From the NCBI RefSeq assembly GCF_006345805.1, contig NW_021826495.1, positions 1 to 12,701 on the forward strand: DNA of 12,701 nt, written 5' to 3'. Both the position numbers and the translations under genes were made by a program. Of this stretch, positions 7,406 to 12,701 are shown piece after piece. Each line of letters starts with the position of its first letter. The first letter of the stretch is position 1. This DNA comes from Octopus sinensis (Eukaryota). Under the pieces are notes generated by a model that did not search any database, was not told the origin of the DNA, and worked only from the letters and a program-made list of their open reading frames with translations.

Positions 7406-8039
7406 GACCGTGTCCTTGCCCCCTAGTGGCGTCTCTTCCTTCTCACATCCATGACACCAACCATGCTCTTCGTCTATTCAACTCTTTCTCCTTCCCTCCT
7501 GGCTCCTCCAAAACTTCTCTTTATAATGGACATCCAGAGCAGCTACACTGTGATCCCTCACCATGAGGGGCTGCGTGCACTGAAACACTTCCTGGACCTC
7601 CGACCCAATCCTCAACCCAACACCTCCACACTCGTTCGTCTGGCCGAACTTGTCCTCTCACTCAACTGTTTCTCGTTCGCGGGCGAGTTCTACCAGCAGG
7701 TCTCGGGAGTGTCCATGAGAATGGGCCCCAACTATGCGAACCTGTTCGTTGGCTATGTTGAGGCCCAAATATTCTCTAGTTTCAAAGGTCCCACTCCCGA
7801 ACTATATAGCCGTTATATTGACGACTGTATCGGTGCCACCTCACTCTCCCGCGAACATCTAGACTCCTTCCTCTCTTTCGTCAAATCTTTCCATCCTGCC
7901 CTCCACTTCTGCATTATCTCTGACACATCTGTCTCCTTTCTTGACATTTCGGTCACTCCACTCTTACCATCTCCATCCACTACAAACACACAGACTCACA
8001 CTCATACCTAAACTTCTCCTCCTCCCACCCCAAACACAC

Positions 8040-8040
<1 letters not shown>
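7406..8040 (+). pseudogene. Penelope-like element reverse transcriptase fragment, frameshifted
   Basis: DRVLAP / LVASLPSHIHDTNHALRLFNSFSFPPG (frame 1) / LLFIMDIQSSYTVIPH...LAELVLSLNCFSF...QQVSGVSM--RMGPNYANLF...RYIDDCIG...HPALHF...VSFLDISV (ORF 7451-8011) / IHYKHTDSHSYLNFSSSHPKHT (frame 1, to 8040). At least three frameshifts and an apparent in-frame loss in the GVAMGTxMGP motif; cut by (GATA)n. Confidence 0.93.
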
Positions 8041-8115
<75 letters not shown>

Positions 8116-8236
8116 GGATGGATGGATGGATGGATGGATGGATGGATGGACGGACGGACGGACGGACGGACGGACGGACGGACAGACGGACAGACAGACA
8201 GACAGATAGACAGACAGACAGATGGATGGATGGATG
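8041..8236. repeat. Compound tetranucleotide microsatellite (GATA)18(GATG)9(GACG)8, mixed GACA/GACG/GATA, then (GATG)4
   Basis: Read directly; the 4-bp register is kept throughout. Confidence 0.97.
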
Positions 8237-9549
8237 TTTATTAAGCCTCGTTCTTCTGGCTTCCTTTTTCAGTAGAGGCGGTCGTTATATCTGTTCATAT
8301 CAAAGTTTCTGGTGTTGATAAAGCTCTTTTGCTTCAGCCATCAACGACATAGATTCCATCTAGTGTCCAGTCCAGTAACTCAAATATCGGAACAGTATTC
8401 AGGCTACTCGACACAGGTACAACATATAAATTGGGTACCATCATAGGTTATATTGTCATGCTTCCCTAAGTTACCGCTAACATTCCTCATCGTGTTTCGA
8501 AGAAATAGTAAAGCCAGTGATAGACATCTATACAAGAATATATGTTTATATGTATATTTGTATGCATGTATGTATGTGCATATTTGTTTGTATGTGTATG
8601 TGTATACACAAATTGCATACCAGTTAATAAGGCAGTAATGTCAGAATGCGATTTTTTTTTTCTTTAAAAAATATCATAAAAATTTAATGGTTATAACTAC
8701 AGACTGAATTTTTTAAATTTGAATATATGTTTAAATATATTATTTATATAAAAGAATATCTGGTAAAATGCTAACGTAAAAAATGATTTCCAAATCAGGA
8801 AATAGTTTTATTAAACTGAGGTTGCTTTGAAAATGCATGAGGTGATTTTCAGGTTTTTTTTTTTTTTCACAAATGCTGATTTTATATTCTCTAGTTCTTT
8901 GTCGGTAACAAAAAATATTATTATTATTTTTGAAAATATTATAAATATCTAACTTAAGATCAAATACGTGTTGTAATCAACAAAAATATATATATATAAA
9001 TAGTAATATTGACATTCGCACATTTTTGCATGGGTACTTTGTGCATAAATAACATGTAGCTGATGGCAGACAAAAATATACATAATACAGTGAGATTAAA
9101 AACGAAAGCTTTTAATCAGATGAAAATTACACCAGTAATAAAAAGGAAAGAAAACTTTTTGGTGTTAATGGCAAATGTTGTCAAACATGAGTCACCTCAT
9201 GCCTTATTAGGGAAATTGGATTGATGGAAACAGTTTGAAAGCCCAGCAGCAGCAGCAATTTTATAAGACAATACGAGAAAATAGCAATAACTTTGATACG
9301 ATACCCACAAAAGAAATAGGCACATTCTGGAAACCATTTACAAAAAACTAATCTAATGATCTATGGAATAAAAAGAAAGTTTGCCCTTCTTTTCTTATTA
9401 AGCATAAAGTTGTTTTCTCATCAAAGCTTTAAAATAGTTCAATTTTTAAACAATCCTGTTTTTTTCTCTACGCCATGGAAAAATACGATTCTGTACGTTT
9501 ACTTATATTTATAATTGTTTCAAGTTTTTGCGCAGAGCCAGCATTTTAA

Positions 9550-9826
9550 GGGGGGGGAGGTTTAGTCAATGACATTGACCCCAATACTTGACTGCTACTC
9601 TTTTACTTGTTTCAGTCATTTGACTGTGGCCATCTTTAGTCGAGCAAATCGACCCCAGGACTTATTCTTTGTAAGCCTAGTACTTATTCTATCGGTCTCT
9701 TATTGCCGAACCGCTAAGTTACGGGGACGTAAACACACCAGCATCGGTTGTCAAGCGATGTTGGGGGGGGGGGACAAACACAGACACCAAACGTATAAAC
9801 ACACACCATATACCAAATATATATAT

Positions 9827-9857
<31 letters not shown>

Positions 9858-10147
9858 CGACGGCTTCTTCTTTCAGTTCCGTCTGCCAAATCCACTCGCA
9901 AGGCCTTGGTCGGCCCGAGGGTATAGTAGAAGACACTTGCCCAAGGTGCCACGCAGTGGAACTGAACCCGGAACCATGTGGTTCGTAAGCAAGCTACTTA
10001 CCACACAGCCACTCCTTATCGTCTCCGAAAGGATAAAATGCAATGTTGATCTCAGAACGAGATTTGAACTCAGAACGCAAAGGATCAGAAGCTATGCTGC
10101 CAAGCATTTTGTTCGACAGGCTAACGATTCAGCCAGCTCGCTGCCTT
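9550..10147 (-). mobile_element. Older SINE family C copy, split (9550-9594 and 10017-10147) by a family-B insertion
   Basis: TTTAGTCAATGACATTGACCCC...GACTG and TATCGTCTCCGAAAGGATAAAATGCAA...TTTGAACTCAGAACG...CTAACGATTCAGCCAGCTCGCTGCCTT are consecutive parts of the element at 564-786; head retained. Confidence 0.8.
9595..10016 (-). mobile_element. SINE family B, near full length, with central (TA)/(CA) microsatellite
   Basis: Tail CTACTCTTTTACTTGTTTCAGTCATTTGACTG at left; head GAACCCGGAACCATGTGGTT...CCACACAGCCACTCCT at right; the first few head bases are missing. Confidence 0.93.
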
Positions 10148-10615
10148 ACTTATATTTATAAGTTCTAAAATGTAGAAAATATTATTTCCGCTGATGATCT
10201 CTAACAAAGATGAAACATTTACTGGAGTTTTATCTCCCATACATTTCAAGGAAAAATTAAGTCACTGGGTCACTGATAAATATCAAATTAAAAGGGAGAC
10301 GTAATTAAAACGGAAATTGATAAGCCATCATGCCTTAGGCAATACAATATCAGATTTAAGGCTTTCTATAAACATTTCGGAAACTACAAAAGTTCTGACA
10401 TCAGACAAATTCAAAACTATTGATGGTTGACGTCGGTTGTCGTTGACATGCTTCATTACCTGATAACCGTCATTTTCAACTCCCGCTTAATACGGAGCAA
10501 GTGCGAAGGGTGCCCGAACGAGAATGAAAACTATATATTATAACAGTCAAAGAATATTTCAGACCTCATCTCAGTAGCTAGAACTCTATATATATATATA
10601 TATATAACCTTCAAT

Positions 10616-11004
10616 TGAGAAGCACTCCGTCGGTTACGACGATGAGGGTTCCGGTTGATCCGAATCAACGGAACAGCCTGCTCGTGAAATTAACGTGTAA
10701 GTGGCTGAGTACTCCACAGACACGTGTACCCTTAACGTAGTTCTCGGGGATATTCAGCGTGACACAGAGAGTGACAAGGCCGGCCCCTTGAAATACAGGT
10801 ACAAGAGAAACAGGAAGTAAGAGTGAGAGAAAGTTGTGGTGAAAGAGTACAGCAGGGATCACCACCATCCCCTGCCGGAGCCTCGTGGAGCTTTTAGGTG
10901 TTTTCGCTCAATAAACACTCACAACGCCCGGTCTTGGAATCGAAACCGCGATCCTATGACCGCGAGTCCGCTGCCCTAACCACTGGGCCATTGCGCCTCC
11001 ACAT
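10616..11004 (-). mobile_element. SINE family A, full length, type-1 tail, 9-bp TSD
   Basis: TSD ACCTTCAAT at 10607-10615 and 11005-11013. Minus-strand A box TGGCCCAGTGG and B box GGTTTCGATTCC. Confidence 0.95.
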
Positions 11005-11329
11005 ACCTTCAATACAGCTGTAAGATATGACCACGTGACCACGTGGTATTAGGTTGGAGAGTGATACAACTAAATTCCATAAACAGTAATACGAAAAATG
11101 TATTAAAGTTACACTTCATTCTGTACAGTAAGTCGGACAATAAGTGACAGTACACCGCTAGAGGAGAGGTTAGTCAAAGGCTATGTCGTGTTAGTGTTCA
11201 GTATAGGAAGGTCGTTAATGTTATCAAATGTCTGTCCAGTTTATAGACCACTCTTTGATGATCCTGATTTTAAAAAGTAACAAACCTATTAGTAGAAACA
11301 AAATTCCAACAAGAAATAGGTGAACTCTT

Positions 11330-11653
11330 ATTTTTTTATTTTTTTAATATGCGCCCTTTTCAAGCCTAGCCAGGCTCATGGACCCGGTTTCCCGGTTTCT
11401 ATAGCGTATGTGTTCCTCCCAGCTGGACGGGACGCCAGTCCATCGCAGCGTTACTCAAGAAACAGGAAGAAAGAGTGAGAGAAAGTGGAGGTGAAAGAGT
11501 ACAACAGGGGTCGCCACCACCCCCTGCCGGAGCGTCGTGGAGTTTTATGTGTTTTCGCTCAATAAACACATACAACGCTCGGTCTGGGAATCGAAGCCGC
11601 GATCCTCTGACCGCGAAATCGCTGCCCTAACTACTGGGCCATTGCGCCTCCAC
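11330..11653 (-). mobile_element. SINE family A, full length, type-2 tail with A-rich end, 12-bp TSD
   Basis: Perfect TSD AGGTGAACTCTT at 11318-11329 and 11654-11665; T-rich run 11330-11345 is the A tail; head and core shared with 10616-11004. Confidence 0.95.
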
Positions 11654-12159
11654 AGGTGAACTCTTGGAACAGTCAAAATAGCGGAAGAAAAAAAAGATGC
11701 TTTCGGCACATTGGCTAACCGTGATGAACAGTCCTAAAACGAATTCCTTTACATAAGCAGTATTTTCGTGAACTAGATATCCAATACGCAAATAAAAGAT
11801 TATCTCTGGTCTAAGTCTACTTTAGCTAAGCTGTTATCTCCTTGATAGTTTTTTGACTTTTTAATATTCTTGTGTTTTTGGATGGGATATTGTGTTGTCT
11901 TTCCTCCTTTTATTCAAACTGTTAGATTTAGCCCAAACGAACTGCATCAACACGGCTGTAGTGATACACAATCACTTCTGTAAAGATACTGACACAGTTC
12001 CCATAAAAATAGGCACCGGCAAGTTGCAGAAAATAACGATAAGAGGGTATCATAAATATTATTAGGGACTTCTCACGCATTATTTCTCATGTCTGTTAAC
12101 CTTAAATACTTCTGTGCTTGTTTTCTACACAGTATTCTTACAAGCTTTTAATATATTTC

Positions 12160-12397
12160 TTTTTACTTTTATTATTATTCTTTTGTTTCGGTCATTTGAC
12201 TGCGGCCAAGCTGGGGCACCGCCTTTAGTCGAGCAAATCGACGCCCAGTACTTATTCTTTGTAAGCCTAGTACTTATTCTCTCTAGCCGAACCGCTAAGT
12301 GGCGAGGACGTAAACACACCAACATCGGTTGTCCAGCGATGTTGGGGGGATAAACATAAACACACAAACATATAGATATATTTATATATATATATAT

Positions 12398-12436
<39 letters not shown>

Positions 12437-12438
12437 TA

Positions 12439-12489
<51 letters not shown>

Positions 12490-12701
12490 CTGTTTCAAAA
12501 ACCCAAAAAATCTAGTTCAAAGAACTCGAAGCTAATAGTCATGACAAAGTTCCAGAGAAATCAGTTAAAAAACCAAAATATTCAGAAGAAACATATATAT
12601 ATGGTGTGTGTGTGTGTGTGTGTGTGTGTATACGATAGGTTTCTTTCAGTTTCCGTCTACCAAATCCACTCACAAGGTCGACCGAGGCTGTAGTAGAAGA
12701 C
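12160..12701 (-). mobile_element. SINE family B: 3' half 12160-~12365, expanded (TA)n, ~105-bp unrelated segment (12488-12592), then (TA)/(TG)n and the 5' half running off the window
   Basis: Both halves are collinear with 9595-10016 and in the same orientation and order. Confidence 0.85.

Noticed and set aside
6524-8040. Idea that the minus-strand endonuclease/hammerhead remnant is the inverted pseudo-LTR of the plus-strand PLE RT
   Set aside because: The divergent layout fits, but strand composition and motif style differ, suggesting different PLE lineages, and ~360 bp of unrelated DNA separates them.
8640-9540. Longest repeat-free AT-rich block, including CATGAG-TCAC-CTCATG with an AP-1-like TGAGTCA (9186-9201)
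   Set aside because: No positive evidence of function from sequence alone; short motifs occur by chance, so conservation data would be needed.
10454-10530. Possible minus-strand micro-exon with donor CAG|GTAATG
   Set aside because: The acceptor is weak (TATATAG, no pyrimidine tract) and the peptide is unrecognisable.
324-11653. tRNA genes at the SINE heads
   Set aside because: Only A/B boxes and partial arms are present, with no complete cloverleaf, and each runs into a SINE body.
1-12701. Minus-strand bias of retroelements suggesting a host-gene orientation
   Set aside because: About 9 of 13 SINE pieces are on the minus strand, too few to distinguish from chance, and no exon is identified.

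Overview
Repeat-dense, apparently non-genic eukaryotic DNA. The SINE families, (AT)/(CA)/(GATA) microsatellite density and low GC resemble, from memory, an octopus (coleoid cephalopod) genome; this is not a database result. I find no intact host protein-coding gene: nearly all listed ORFs are microsatellite or SINE read-through. Supported content: about 12 copies or fragments of three tRNA-derived SINE families (A, B and C are my working labels, probably among the octopus OK/OR1/OR2 SINEs), including two SINE-in-SINE nests and three clear target-site duplications; a frameshifted Penelope-like (PLE) reverse transcriptase remnant (7406-8040, +); two further PLE 3'-end remnants on the minus strand, each with a minimal type-I hammerhead-ribozyme-like motif (2671-2708; 6631-6664); a frameshifted N-terminal remnant of an R4/Dong-type LINE (5644-6240, -); a 219-bp hAT/Charlie-like MITE (6297-6515); a probable non-autonomous Helitron (2969-3777, -); and a 14-unit minisatellite whose ~20-bp cores are separated by variable (CA)n tracts (4699-5280). 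The best leads are the hammerhead motifs with a non-canonical core, the microsatellite-spaced array, and three hairpin/tRNA-arm deletions in one nested SINE pair. Nothing here proves a new biological system.
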